64,000 nucleotides of DNA from Octopus vulgaris (lineage: Eukaryota), in the NCBI GenBank assembly GCA_951406725.2, contig OX597815.1:18662001-18726000 (forward strand), in the 5' to 3' direction. The notes under the pieces are model-generated. The model did no database searches. It had not been told where the DNA came from and saw only the letters and a list, made by a program, of their open reading frames with translations. Positions 1 to 11,972 of the stretch are shown piece by piece (position 1 is the stretch's first letter; each line of letters starts with the position of its first letter). The position numbers and the translations under genes were made by a program.

Positions 1-196
1 TAATTTTATAAAAAACATTTCAGTACCGGTTTCATTCATTCAATCTTTATCAACTGTAAGTATAGGGCACAATTAAATTTTGGAAAAATTAGAAGATATG
101 TACAGAATTTTTAAAAGAATATTTGCATAGTATTCGAATACAAGGGGCACTTTCCTTGTTTCTGCCTGTCTCTTTGTCTCTCTTGCTTACTCTTGT
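1..196 (-). mobile_element. Penelope-like terminal-repeat fragment (family P1) with a minimal hammerhead motif at 21-56
   Basis: The reverse complement aligns with 35061-35243. The minus strand reads cag-TTGATAA-agattgaatgaat-GAAA-ccgg-TA-ctg, a type I minimal hammerhead layout with a decayed stem II. Confidence 0.6.
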
Positions 197-369
197 GGGT
201 TCGTGGTCGTTTTAGATACTCACAAAATATGGGGGTTTATTTCACAGGTGATCTAAACGACTAGGTACGCTAGGTGATGTAACGGATTACTGATGCTCCA
301 AGGTTATAACCGAGATGTTTGCCGTGCCTTAACATTTATTGTCCTTATTAACAATAATTATATATATCA

Positions 370-809
370 GCTAAGAGAAGACGGGAGAGGTATGCAGTAA
401 TATATATCTCGAAGATCCTAGAAGGAATTGTGCCAATTTTTGGCATTGAAAGCTACACTAATGACAGAACGGGAATACACTGCATAGTGTCAAAGATCCC
501 AGCAATGCCATCATGCTTCAGGACCAGCTACTACAACAGCCTGGGTTTCAAGGGCCCACACCTTTTTAATATTCTCCCAAAGAGTCTGAAGAATTTGCTC
601 AAAGTAGATGTAGCGGTTTTTAAATCAAAGCTGGATCTCTTCCTGTCGAGAGTCCCAGATGAACCTACCTCACGGCAAGAGTTGCAAATGGGGGTAGCTA
701 TATCAAACTCCATCTTCACCAAGTGCCACATATTAGAGGAGGGTCTTAATAATAACAGTGTAGCACAAAACGACGGAGCATCAGCATGGCCGCAGCTCTG
801 AGCTAAAAC

Positions 810-810
<1 letters not shown>
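370..810 (+). pseudogene. CR1/L2-group LINE 3' end (C-terminal ORF2 remnant plus 3' tail)
   Basis: Translates RRRERYAVIYISKILEGIVP..., SLGFKGPHLFNILP...FKSKLDLFLSRVPDEP, typical of a CR1-type ORF2 C-terminus. It has a frameshift and ends in cagcatggccgcagctctgagctaaaac followed by (TA)n. Confidence 0.8.

Positions 811-812
<2 letters not shown>

Positions 813-905
<93 letters not shown>
813..905. repeat. (TA)n microsatellite
   Basis: Direct reading. Confidence 0.99.
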
Positions 906-1742
906 GCGAGCAGACGCTGAAGAGTTCCTGGTTTTGGGTATCAGGAATATCAGTTAATAATGATTTTCTTCAAGATATTCCTCTCTAAGGTTCATACATT
1001 CATTGCAGCAGTATTTCAGTTTTTCTAAGCCCAGTAAAAAAAACTCGGAAGGTTGGGCTCTTAACCAGGCCTTTCACCATACCTTAAAGGCATACCTTAA
1101 AGCTTTTAAACACCCTTTTGTATATTATGTTTTACTGGTTTAAGTTATTTGATGGCGTAATCGAATGCAGGATATTTATGATTCATACGTAACCTAATTA
1201 GATTGTTTCACTCAGAACAGCTTACGTATGTTGTTTAGTACTATTAGATTAATGAATTTAAAAAAAAAAAATGTGTAACTCTGGACTTCTCAGTTCATTT
1301 AATAAACATCGATTTTGACTTGACCAAGTGACAGACTTTATAATAAAATTAGCAGCTTCTAACGTCATATTTCCACCTTCTCTCTCTGTTGTGTCTTCTC
1401 TTCTTCATACATTCTTTCTCTTTCTCGTTAGCAAACAATCAATCATATTACATTGATGTTTATTTACAATTGGTTTAATATTTAATTTCTGACCACTCAT
1501 TCGCATTTCAATTTTATCACAGTCTTGATCTTTATAAAATTAATGATTTATTTGTTGTAAATATAAGAAATTTGATATTTGATTAATCATTTTTGACACT
1601 TGAATGTTTGTGTTAATCAAGACTATTCTCGTCACATGAATTAAAAATATAATTTTATTGTTCGTATACAAAAATTCTACGATTGTATCATAAAGTTTTA
1701 TCAACAAATACACAGCTCCACACAAATGTTTCCTGTCATGAA

Positions 1743-1979
1743 GGCGGCGAGCTGGCAGAAACGATAGCACGCCGGGCGAAATGCGTAGCCGTATTTCGTC
1801 TGCCGTTACGTTCTGAGTTCAAATTCCGCCGAGGTCAACTTTGCCTTTCATCCTTTCGGGGTCGATAAATTAAGTACCAGTTACGCACTGGGGTAGATAA
1901 TCGACTTAATCCATTTGTCTGCCCTTGTTTGTCCCCTCTGTGTTTAGCCCCTTGTGGGTAGTAAAGAAATAGGTATTTT
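1743..1979 (+). mobile_element. tRNA-derived SINE, family A (likely Meta/MESC-type central domain)
   Basis: GGCGGCGAGCTGGCAGAA A-box-like head, GAGTTCAAATTCC B box and central GCCTTTCATCCTTTCGGGGTCGATAAATTAAGTACC. At least 8 copies occur in the window. The domain name is from memory. Confidence 0.9.
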
Positions 1980-3542
1980 CATAAAACATATTCGGTGTCA
2001 TTTAAACAAGCCCGGTACTCTTAATTCAAAGTCCAGGGTAGAAAGCATACCCAACAATGTTTGAGGCACGTTAAAAATACTTGCTCTATAAAAATGGAAT
2101 TTGATTCAAAAGAAAGACTGAAGCACATTCCCACAAAGGATCCGCTACATCGACGATTCGTCTGTCAAAAACGGCAACCGAATCTCTTCCAAAGTACACC
2201 TTCAAAAAGGAAAGGTCGTATCGTATAACGTAATATAATGAGTAAGAACATGGTGTAGCTATACTTGATCAAGGTTTACTTCGGGCTAAAAACCAACAAC
2301 AATAGGAATGAAAACGGTGGAATCCTTTACCTAAATATGTCACCAGTTTGTAATCCAACAAGGTCAGCATTAAACTCTTTTGGATGACGCCAACGTTCGG
2401 TTTTGTGTAATGCATTTAAAATTAATAATTTGGGTGGAATTCCTCCTGTACCAACTTCTGATTTCCATCTATCAAAATAGTTTTCCATTATAAAGTACCT
2501 CACTACATTTGAAAGTATGTCTAAGGGCTGTTATCTTTAGATAAACTGTTGTGTTTTAACTTGAATTAAGTTGATCATATACACAATCTTTGAAGGATAC
2601 GAACCTGCGAACCAGCAGATACTTGTGCACTACATTATCAACCACCACAAAACTCTGTTAGTAGAATATATGCAAGTGTCTGTCTGCTTATATCGATGCC
2701 TCATTTATATTGCTGACAGTTAATTTCGCTATCCTACTAAATATTCAGGAGTAAGAATGAAATTTATAGGAAACAGGTCGATTTATTAGAACACATTATA
2801 TATGATAACTTGTTAGGAATGGAAGTCTTTGACTGAAATGTAATAAGTTCTTTGTATGGTTAAGATCATTAAAATATTTGTTATAAAGGCTTGTCGATTA
2901 GTTCTTGTTTCGGCATTTGTTGATAGAATGTTGCTTTGAGCAAATTATAATTTAAGATCATTAAATTGCAATTTACATTACTGATTGCACATTTAATTTT
3001 CCTGAAAGCTTGTTATTTGCATCTTCTGTGGTTTTCATAATTTCTACTATTATGAAAATATTGCGTCTCTAATTTCAGAAGCTAATGGCAAGGTTTAATC
3101 AATCTACTATGCAAATAAACTCTCTGCAGAAGTCAGCAGATTATTTGACGAAATGGAACCAAATTATTAGATGTATTCACTTTCAAATTTGTAATCGATA
3201 CACATTACAGTTTTTAGTTCTAATAATGTCACTCAATACATTTAGCTGCGGTCAGCGTTTATTATCCATTATTTCAAATATTCAATCAGGTACAGACAAT
3301 AATCCGGCGAGCCCATTTTCTAAAGTATAAGAACAATTTTTAATATTTCAACCAGAAATATGGAAGAACTGACGTGAATGTTCCAGCGCATATCACACCA
3401 CTCTTGCTGAGGTGAGATATTATCTTGGTTTTCAGAGTAATAAATCTCCTAGCCCTACGGGAACTAACTGTGCCCTGAAAGAAGGGGATAGAGGAGACTC
3501 AATTATTAGGTTTTGCTAGCGGACTGCCTCAAGAATGAATGG

Positions 3543-3737
3543 AGCCGTTCAAGAATTTGGACATGGAGATCTCCATTTCCAGCGACTTCGAGGGCCACCT
3601 TCCAGTGGTGTCGGTCGTCAACGAAGAGCCCTCGACTACAACAAGACGACCAATTTGTTTTTCTTTCAAGGTCTGGGGTCTCCCGCCCCTAAGCCCTAGA
3701 CAATCACCTAATCACCCTTACCCGTCTCGTTGCTTAA
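3543..3737. mobile_element. About 190-bp dispersed element (copy 1), GC-rich and structured, abutting (GAA)n
   Basis: Highly similar to 45045-45233 with the same left (agccgttcaag) and right (ttgcttaa) boundaries. Confidence 0.85.
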
Positions 3738-3980
3738 GAAGAAGAAGAAGTAGGAAAGAAGAAGAAGTAGAAGAGGAAGAAGAAGAAGAAGAAGAAGAAG
3801 AAGAAGAAGAAGAAGAAGAAGAAGAAGAAGAAGAAGAACAAGAAGAAGAAGAAGAACAACAACAAGAACAAGAAGAAGAACAAGAACAAAAAGAACAAGA
3901 ACAAGAACAAGGAGGAGAAGAAAAAGAAGAAGAAGAAGAAGAAGAAGAAGAAGAAGAAGAAGAAGAAGAAGAAGAAGAAA
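3737..3980. repeat. (GAA)n/(GAACAA)n microsatellite
   Basis: Direct reading; it generates the poly-E and poly-S pseudo-ORFs. Confidence 0.99.
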
Positions 3981-4488
3981 TAATGGAGAATAAGGTGTTT
4001 GTCACTGGAGGTTGTCAGTCGAGTTGTAGATTGTAATCTGAGAAAGCGCTAATTGAACTTTCGGCATTTCAGGAGATTGCGCAGATTCATCAAGAGCAAC
4101 AACTTACATGGCTCTGAGTAGAAAGAGGTAATCGATGGGATTAATAGAATGTTGCTTCAGCACAGGCCCAGGCCTGATAAAGTTTTGCGTGACTGCTTGG
4201 CTGAGGATATATAATTTTAGGATGTAACACTGGCCATGTGTCCAAGCATTGCTTTTGTAGAAGTATACTGAAATTATCTCCCACACATACATACATACAT
4301 ACATATATATACACACAAATATATACCCGTGTACATGCAGATACATACACACACACACAAACACATACCACTCACTCACACACATACACAAACACACTCG
4401 CCCGAGGGCACATACACAGATATATATGTACGTTTATGCGCACGCTTGGTACTACAAGTGGGAGAGATAGAACTCAAAACATGAGTGT

Positions 4489-4543
<55 letters not shown>

Positions 4544-4574
4544 GTTTTATTTTATATTGTATATTTGTTTTTAG

Positions 4575-4713
4575 TCAGACAAATCAAACCCAGAACTTAT
4601 TTTTCTTAAAGCCATGTACTTATATCGCTCCCTTTTACCGAACTGTTAACTTATAGGGACGTAAATACACCAACTACGATTGTCAAGCGGTGGTAGGTGA
4701 CAAGACACAGATG

Positions 4714-4776
<63 letters not shown>

Positions 4777-4895
4777 GGGGGGGGCTGTTTTAAATTCCGA
4801 CTAATAAATCAACCCAATATGCTTTAGTTGACCCGAGAAAACACTTTTCCAAGGTGCCACGCAGTGGGGCTGAAGCTGGAACGATGTGGTTGTGA
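4575..4895 (-). mobile_element. SINE family B, diverged copy with an internal (TA)n
   Basis: Similar to 39616-40036 (gacgtaaatacaccaac; ccaaggtgccacgcagtggggctgaa). Confidence 0.75.
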
Positions 4896-5129
4896 AGAAT
4901 GTCTGTCACTTGGTCAAGTCAGTGTCAATGTTTATTAAATGAATAGAGAAAGTGTTACTGACATTCAATTTTTGCATGAGTATGATTGATAGCCATTATT
5001 TTTAGCGTGTAGGATAAGATTATTTGTCAACAAACGTCAAACTCATCAATAATTCTACAGCCACTATGTATGAATGTATGTATCTCCCTTTCAGAATATC
5101 ATTTAAGGATTCTTTATGAATAAAAGCAT

Positions 5130-5368
5130 ATTCTTTTATTCCTTTACTTGTTCCAGTTATCTGACTGCAGCCACGCTGGAGCAAAATCTTAAAGGGCTTT
5201 TTTTAGTTGAACAAATCAACCCCAGGACGTATTCTTTGTAAGCCTAGTACTTATTCTGTCGGTCTCTTTTGCCGAACCGTGAAGTTATGGGGACGTAAGC
5301 ACACCAACATCGCTGTCAAGCGATAGTAGAGGTACAAACACAGACACACAAACACACACACACATATG

Positions 5369-5375
<7 letters not shown>
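5130..5375 (-). mobile_element. SINE family B, 3' half
   Basis: Matches the family B tail and body (gactgcagccacgctggagca; ggtctcttttgccgaaccg). Confidence 0.85.
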
Positions 5376-5406
<31 letters not shown>

Positions 5407-5716
5407 TATATATATACATACAAATAATCAGAATGGAGATAACTTCTTCATAGGATATTCGGATTAAGGCACGGAGCTTCATCAGAGTAAAGAACAAGTG
5501 CATCCAATATAAACAAAGGAAGAAGGAAAAGGAAAGAAAACATGGCCTAGAAACGAAGCCTAGAAGCCCAATATATTAGAAGCCTATATAATCTACTATT
5601 CATGGGGCTACGAGATCCGTAGGTAAAAGTGTGAGCTAATAATGATCAAGTGAATACTACAAATCTATTTACGAGTAGTTTCAATTAAAGCTGGGTGGAC
5701 AAGATATTCTAAAATT

Positions 5717-5770
<54 letters not shown>

Positions 5771-5771
<1 letters not shown>

Positions 5772-6684
5772 TAGCAGTATCGCCCGGCGTTGCTCGGGTT
5801 TGTAAGGGAAATAACTATATAAGCATTTTTAGAAAGTTATAGCCAAATAATAGTAAAAAATGCATTAAAAATGGAAACAAAATGATGGTAAATTTTTTAA
5901 ATAATCGTTGACTCATCCTAGACATTTTTAGAGAGTTACTTCCCTTATATAATAGCGAAAAAATGCATTAAAATGGAAAACAATGATGGCAAATTATTTT
6001 AAAAATCGTAGACTCATCGTAGACGCGCGCTAATACCCAGAAGGGCTCGATATGAATCACGACTATAAGATACCCGGTTTTGGTTAAACTGCACCGCAAA
6101 ATGTGGGAGTAGTTAGGAATCTAAATCGTAGGAGACAGACACACAACCTCACTTTTATATATATACTAGCAGTATCGCCCGGCGTTGCTCGGGTTTGTAA
6201 GGGAAATAACTATATAAGCATTTTTAGAGAGTTACTTCCTTTATAGATGCCAATTCGGGCTTTCTTAGCCATTTCTGTTTTGGTGTCTTCAAGCCATGAA
6301 GTCGTTGTTCTAAAAGAACGCTGGTCTCCTTGACAACGCATTACGACGTTGATTTCCTTAAACTCCCTTCCCCACAGCTTCACGAGGGAGGGAAGAAGGG
6401 GAGAAGCAAACACAGGTGCAGGTGTTTGAGCGTGGACGCCAACTCCGCCGCCATCGACACACGAAAAATTATGCATTAAAATGGAATAAAAAATGATGTT
6501 AAATTATTTTTAAAATCGTAGACTCATCGTAGACGCGCGCTAATAGCCAGACGGGCTCGATATTAATCACGACTATAAGATACCCGAATTTGGTTAAACT
6601 GCACCGCAAAATGTGGGAGGAGTTAGGAATCTAAATCGTAGGAGACAGACACTCACACAACTACAGTTTTATATATATATATAT
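5771..6684 (-). mobile_element. Two head-to-tail non-autonomous Helitron-like units (5771-6160 and 6166-6684)
   Basis: Each unit ends on the minus strand with a cccgagcaacgccggg hairpin about 10 nt before CTAG, the canonical Helitron 3' end. The units share both ends, lack TIRs and TSDs, and sit in (TA)n. Confidence 0.8.
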
Positions 6685-6784
6685 AAGGAAACTTACTAAT
6701 ATGATTATCAAAGTAAACTCAAGTAAATGTATCCAAAGCAATTACCGTATGGTACTTAAGAAAGTATACTCATAGTAATATTTC

Positions 6785-6880
6785 TCACAAGGTTTTGGTC
6801 GACCCGAGGCTATAGCAGAAGACACTTGCCTAATGCGCCACGCAGTGGGACTGAGTCACACAGCCACTCCTGCGCCTATG
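6785..6880 (-). mobile_element. SINE family B head fragment with an internal deletion
   Basis: ctcacaaggttttggtcgacccgaggctatagcagaagacacttgcc...cacagccactcctgcgcctat. Confidence 0.8.
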
Positions 6881-8674
6881 ATGGCATTTAATGGCGTTTA
6901 TAATGGCATTTAATGAAAAATGTATCGTCTGATTTGAACTTGTTGATACCAAGCACACCAAAACCTAAGGCATGCATTTACTTGATAACATCATCACGTC
7001 GGTTTCTAGAACTAAGACACGCAATATACCTGCCACGTTTTCAGTCGGAAGAGTGTGATCGGAGTGAGTTTTGGCTGTTAGTTCTAGTGGTTCAGGCGAG
7101 CAAACGGATTCTCGTAGTGGTTCTTCTACTGACTAACATGCTGCAAGTTTCTGAATTGATGCTAATTGAATGTAGTTGAATTGTATGGCCAAGTTCATTA
7201 AATAGTGAATTCAATGATATTTGTTAAGTGTAGTGGATATTAGTAAGTATAAATACCGGCAAGCGATGGTTACATGGTTCAATCCGCGTCAGTTGGCACG
7301 CTGCTCTTTTCTATCTCAAATTGATGTTATGGTGTTCAATATCGCATATACATTAATTAGCATATTTGGCTTGAATAGCATTTTGTATAATTTTATCACC
7401 AATATCACAACCGATACAATAGAGAAAATTTCTCTGCCAACTCAATTGAGAAGCCATTTTCCTTTTGTTGGTTAAAAGAATTCATTGTTTCACATGGTAC
7501 ATAGGAGATGAAGTGATAATGGTTACAGTAAAATATTCAACTTACATTGAAAAGAAGCAAACGAAATCAATATTTCCCATGATCATATGCAAGTTACTAA
7601 CATAATATCTGTTCTATTTAAGTGAAGCATTAGAATACTTGTAATGTTCTCCCCGACAAATAGATACTGCAGGAAGTTTGCAAAATGGAATAAATGATTT
7701 TGCACGAAATGTTCGCCGACTTTTCTTTCCTCTTCCCGACTGCAAAATAATTTATCCTACTTCGAGAATCTCCTGTTATAGTTCTGCTGCAAAACGTAAA
7801 TGTAGGTTGTTCATGTTAATTCCCAGTAATTTTCATAGAATAGTTAAATAAATAAGAGCAGTATTTATATTAATTGCAGGGACTCACAGACTGGTGTAAT
7901 CGATAAGTCTGAGGCTTAGTTCTTTCATCTGTACTTCACAATTTCTAAAGAGAATGTCTGCAGCTATGGATTTCAACCCATCTCTAGTAATGGATAAGGA
8001 ATGACATTGAACAACGGATCTTTGTGGGTCATCTAGAATTGTGTGAGGAGGGTAATGAAGTTACAGATGAGGCTATATCCGTGTAAGGTAGCCAAATCTT
8101 GGAGGCAGTGCAACTGTAAGCTATTTGATTATACCCACTTCGTGAGCGAATTGTTTCTAATAAGCCGAAAGGATGCCTGTCACATCTGGTTTATTATAAT
8201 TTTTTTTTAGGTAAGACTAACGCTTCACACGTGTTAAATATTTCAATGCTTTTCATACTTGAGATTTGTAGAAGCCCATGAAATGATCATGAATTTGCAA
8301 GGTCTACTGTTTAGAACGTAATGAGTCCAATTACTTTATTGAGTATTTTGCGTCCTTGAGCAAAGTGTTTCATTTCATGTTGTTCCAGTCTTGAGTAAAT
8401 AAGTACCAACCAGACACTAGTGCAGGCAACCTGTATCTCTAGTTGTCGCATCTTGGATACTCCTCTACAACAAGGATGAGGTGGGGCAACCCTAAAGTCT
8501 ATGTCTGCTAGTGAGCACATGGTGACGTAGAACAAATGGCAACAGAATAGAACACTTTACTAAGCAAAGCTCGCTTGCGAATGAATGGTAATTATACATC
8601 AATGGATCAGAAATGAAATATATCTGATCCTGAAAGGAAAGCAATTAATATGCACGCCGTGTGTATTCTATATA

Positions 8675-9158
8675 CAGGGTTACTCAAAAAGAATGAACCG
8701 ATTTTTCATTACGCAATATTTTAATAAGGAAAAACAATAGAAAACTCCAACTAAGTCAAAAGTATTTACTCACAATCAAAATCAATGCGGTTAAAGAATT
8801 CTTCTCAGATGCGTATCAGTATATCATGATTCACTGATTATTCTATGTTTACGGTCATCGAGGTGAGTGGGTGGCGGTGGAGTTTTCTCGCTACCCACTA
8901 ACTTCGTTGACTTTAAACATCGGATAACAACAGCGATCAACTCATTGGATCGTGGCATGCTGATACGCATCTGAGAGGAATTCTCTTATCTCATTGGTGT
9001 TACCCGTACTGCAGATGGTGGCCATATTGAACACTGGTAAGACAGGAAATAAAAGTTGATTGTGAGTAAATACTTGTGACTCAGCTGGAGTTCTCTATTG
9101 CTTTTCCTTATCAAAATATTGCATAATGAAATCGGTTCATTCTTTTTGAATATCCCTG
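8675..9158. mobile_element. Tc1/mariner-derived MITE with about 110-bp TIRs and a TA TSD
   Basis: TA|CAGGG...CCCTG|TA termini and long imperfect TIRs. 9002-9040 encodes TRTADGGHIEHW*, resembling a Tc1-type transposase C-terminus. Confidence 0.85.
8796..8983. mobile_element. Nested fold-back element with about 42-bp inverted termini
   Basis: gaattcttctcagatgcgtatcag... pairs with ...ctgatacgcatctgagaggaattc, plus an internal hairpin gtgggtggcg/cgctacccac. Confidence 0.7.
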
Positions 9159-11116
9159 TATATGGGGTGATCATGGACGGTCGTCAAAGACATTGCAATC
9201 TAACCTCGCAAATTTAAGGTTTTAATTACGTATTGTTCATACCTTCATAGTGTGCAGCACGCGATTGTTTCATTGATATGTGAATTGACAAGCCACAGTG
9301 TGTTGTTGAAAATAGATTATCTCCATATAGACGACTGCTTCGTGGTCTCTGTTTTCTGAGGAAATATAGGTTCGGTTAGATGAGTCTAGACTTCGTGCTG
9401 ATGATGTTTGAGAGGAAATACTAAGGACGCGTACAGTGTGATATCATCCGAAGTGATGTGCGTTGTTAGAAACCACTGTAAATTGATAATTAATATGCAA
9501 AAGGATTGGGAGACGTATAAAGTAATCTAGACATTCACAAAAATCGGAATGTGTGTATGTGTGTGTGTTTGTGCGTGTGTGCTTTTTGCGTGTGTCCGTG
9601 TCTGTGTGTTATCTGTATATATTAGTGTTCGGGCAAACGCTTTACAGCCATCAAAAGTCTACAAATGATCGCACCGATATCCTCGAGAGAGTGATACAAC
9701 ATAAGAGTTAAACCTACAGGACCTGTCCTCTTATTAGCCTTATTGCTAATGCTTTATGTACATTGAACCAGGACTTTGGGCAATAATCTAGGTTTTGCGT
9801 ATAATCGCCTATAATTTCCCAGGATCCACACTTATGTTCACTAAATAGGGAGAGATAGAAGGGAAATGAGAGAAAGAAATAGGGACACAGGGGGGAAAAT
9901 GAGGGTGAAAAAGACAGCTGAAGGTTGGAAAAAAAAGATGTCTCCGAGGAAGATAATCCGCATTGTTTGCATACGATTTCTAGTTAATGTGTTGTGTTTA
10001 GTTGAAGACCAAGGAAGTTTTTCTTTAGATCACGGAGATCAGCCTAAGTACGAATATAAGTCTAGTATTGCTATTCTATATAGAATTCAGAACATCTGAT
10101 TATCTTGACGATAACATTAGTAACAATCAGCATTAAGTCATTGGTTTGTCGGCCACTGCTTTTCGTCTTTGTTATCTAACAATAAGAGTAAATTTTGCAT
10201 AACCATTCCGTCTCTTACATATCCATAATAATTGTAATTTTCATATGATTTTCTTTCTGACATGAATTTCTGAATGACGATGTTGCTAGTCACAGGCTTT
10301 CAATTGAGTCATCATTGGCCTACTGCCTTTTTGAAGACGAATTTTCTCTTTTTCTCTCTTTCCAGGAGAATGTTACTATGAACAAAACACAGTATGTTAT
10401 TTCTGTCAGATATGAATATCTATATTGTTGTTGCTCAATAGCCCACAATCAGTTCCATCTTTGAACGTCATTTAATATATTTTGGAAAAAGTGCAGCTAC
10501 ACCAAGATAATATATTGTGTCTTCATTTTAGGATGAAGAAAATTTGCTGAGCAAGATGTTAATATTTCAAGTTGGGTGACCGATTATCTGCAGTTTTCCT
10601 TAATAAACTCGGTATATTTTCTTTGGATTGATACATATCGAATAGAGTTCGAAACGTATGAGAGCATTTATGTCATCACTCGACCAGCTAGAAACAGCAG
10701 ATGATCCTTTCTCAGAAATCTCGCCGTATCCGCCTATATTAAGAATAATAAACTGGATAATCTCGATATATGTATACATATATACGTACATACATGTTTA
10801 CACACATACATACATACATACATACATACATACATACATACATACATACATACATACATACATACGTACATACATGCATACATACATACATACATACATA
10901 CTTACACATAAACACGTACATACACACACATATGCGTTTTTGGTTAATAAAAGTATTATGGGATAGCTAAGAATTATATAACTTCCGATGTAGAAGGGAA
11001 AGCCTTAGAAAAGAATATTTGTATTTGCTATATATGAGTAGTCGCTATGAGAGATCATCTCGAGACTTGAGTAAAACATGTACTTTGGTTTCAAGGTATC
11101 ATATATATACTATTTT

Positions 11117-11506
11117 TCTTCTTTCAGTCATTTGAATGCGGCCATGCTGGGGCACCGCCTTTAGTCGAGCAAATCGACCCCCAGGACTTATTATTTGTAA
11201 GCCTATTACTTATTCTATCGGTCTCTTTTGCGGAGCCGCTAACATACGGGGGTGTAAACACACCAGCATCGGTTGTCAAGCGATGTTGGGGGACAAACAC
11301 AGACACACAAACATATGCACACATACATATACATCTATACGACGGGCTTCTTTCAGTTTCCGTCTACCAAATCCACTCACAAGGCTTTGGTCGGCCCGAA
11401 TCTATAGTAGAAGACACTTGCCCAAGATGCCTACGCAGTGGGACTGAACCCAGAACCATGTGGTTCGTAAGCAAGCTACATGCCACACAGCCACTCCTGC
11501 ACCTAT
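11117..11506 (-). mobile_element. SINE family B, full length
   Basis: tRNA-like head (GCAGGAGTGGCTGTGTGG...GGGTTCAGTCCC), central microsatellite and LINE-like tail GGCGGTGCCCCAGCATGGCCGC. Confidence 0.9.
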
Positions 11507-11514
11507 ATATCTAC

Positions 11515-11594
<80 letters not shown>

Positions 11595-11972
11595 ATATAT
11601 ATATATATATATATATATTTGCCTCAAAGCCGTAGGGCGCCTGTGTCATCCATGTTCTTAACCGTTACTGTCTCCCAAAAAGATTTTTCGTTTCATGTTC
11701 GTCTCTGTTGCGTTGCATTCTTTCCTTCTGTGGCTGGCTGATTCAGAGCGGATCTCAGAATTAAACAGCCGAAATCTGCGATGGGGATCAGTTTCTGACT
11801 GAAGAATAAAGGCTTTGAATGACCCGTTTGTCTTTTTGTTCGTCCCTTCGTGTATTTCACGTTATTTATTTATGTAAAGGTTTATTATATATATATATAT
11901 ATATATATATTGTGTGTATCTATGTAATTATCACGATACCCATACATACATACATACAAACAGACAAACATT

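Noticed and set aside
915-1070. CTGAAGA followed by a ttcctg/caggaa hairpin
   Set aside because: There is no GAAA or UH in hammerhead register after the stem.
1743-1830. tRNA-like A/B boxes (also at 19217, 21201 and 39960)
   Set aside because: They are SINE heads without a complete cloverleaf or acceptor stem, followed by SINE bodies.
3539-4036. 165-aa acidic poly-E ORF
   Set aside because: It consists of a dispersed repeat plus (GAA)n; the second copy of the repeat runs into poly-V instead.
11722-11790. ggctg/cagcc stem followed by GAAA in a TA-flanked island
   Set aside because: The core (CTGTGGC) and cleavage site (UG) are too degenerate to call; it may be a dead PLE motif.
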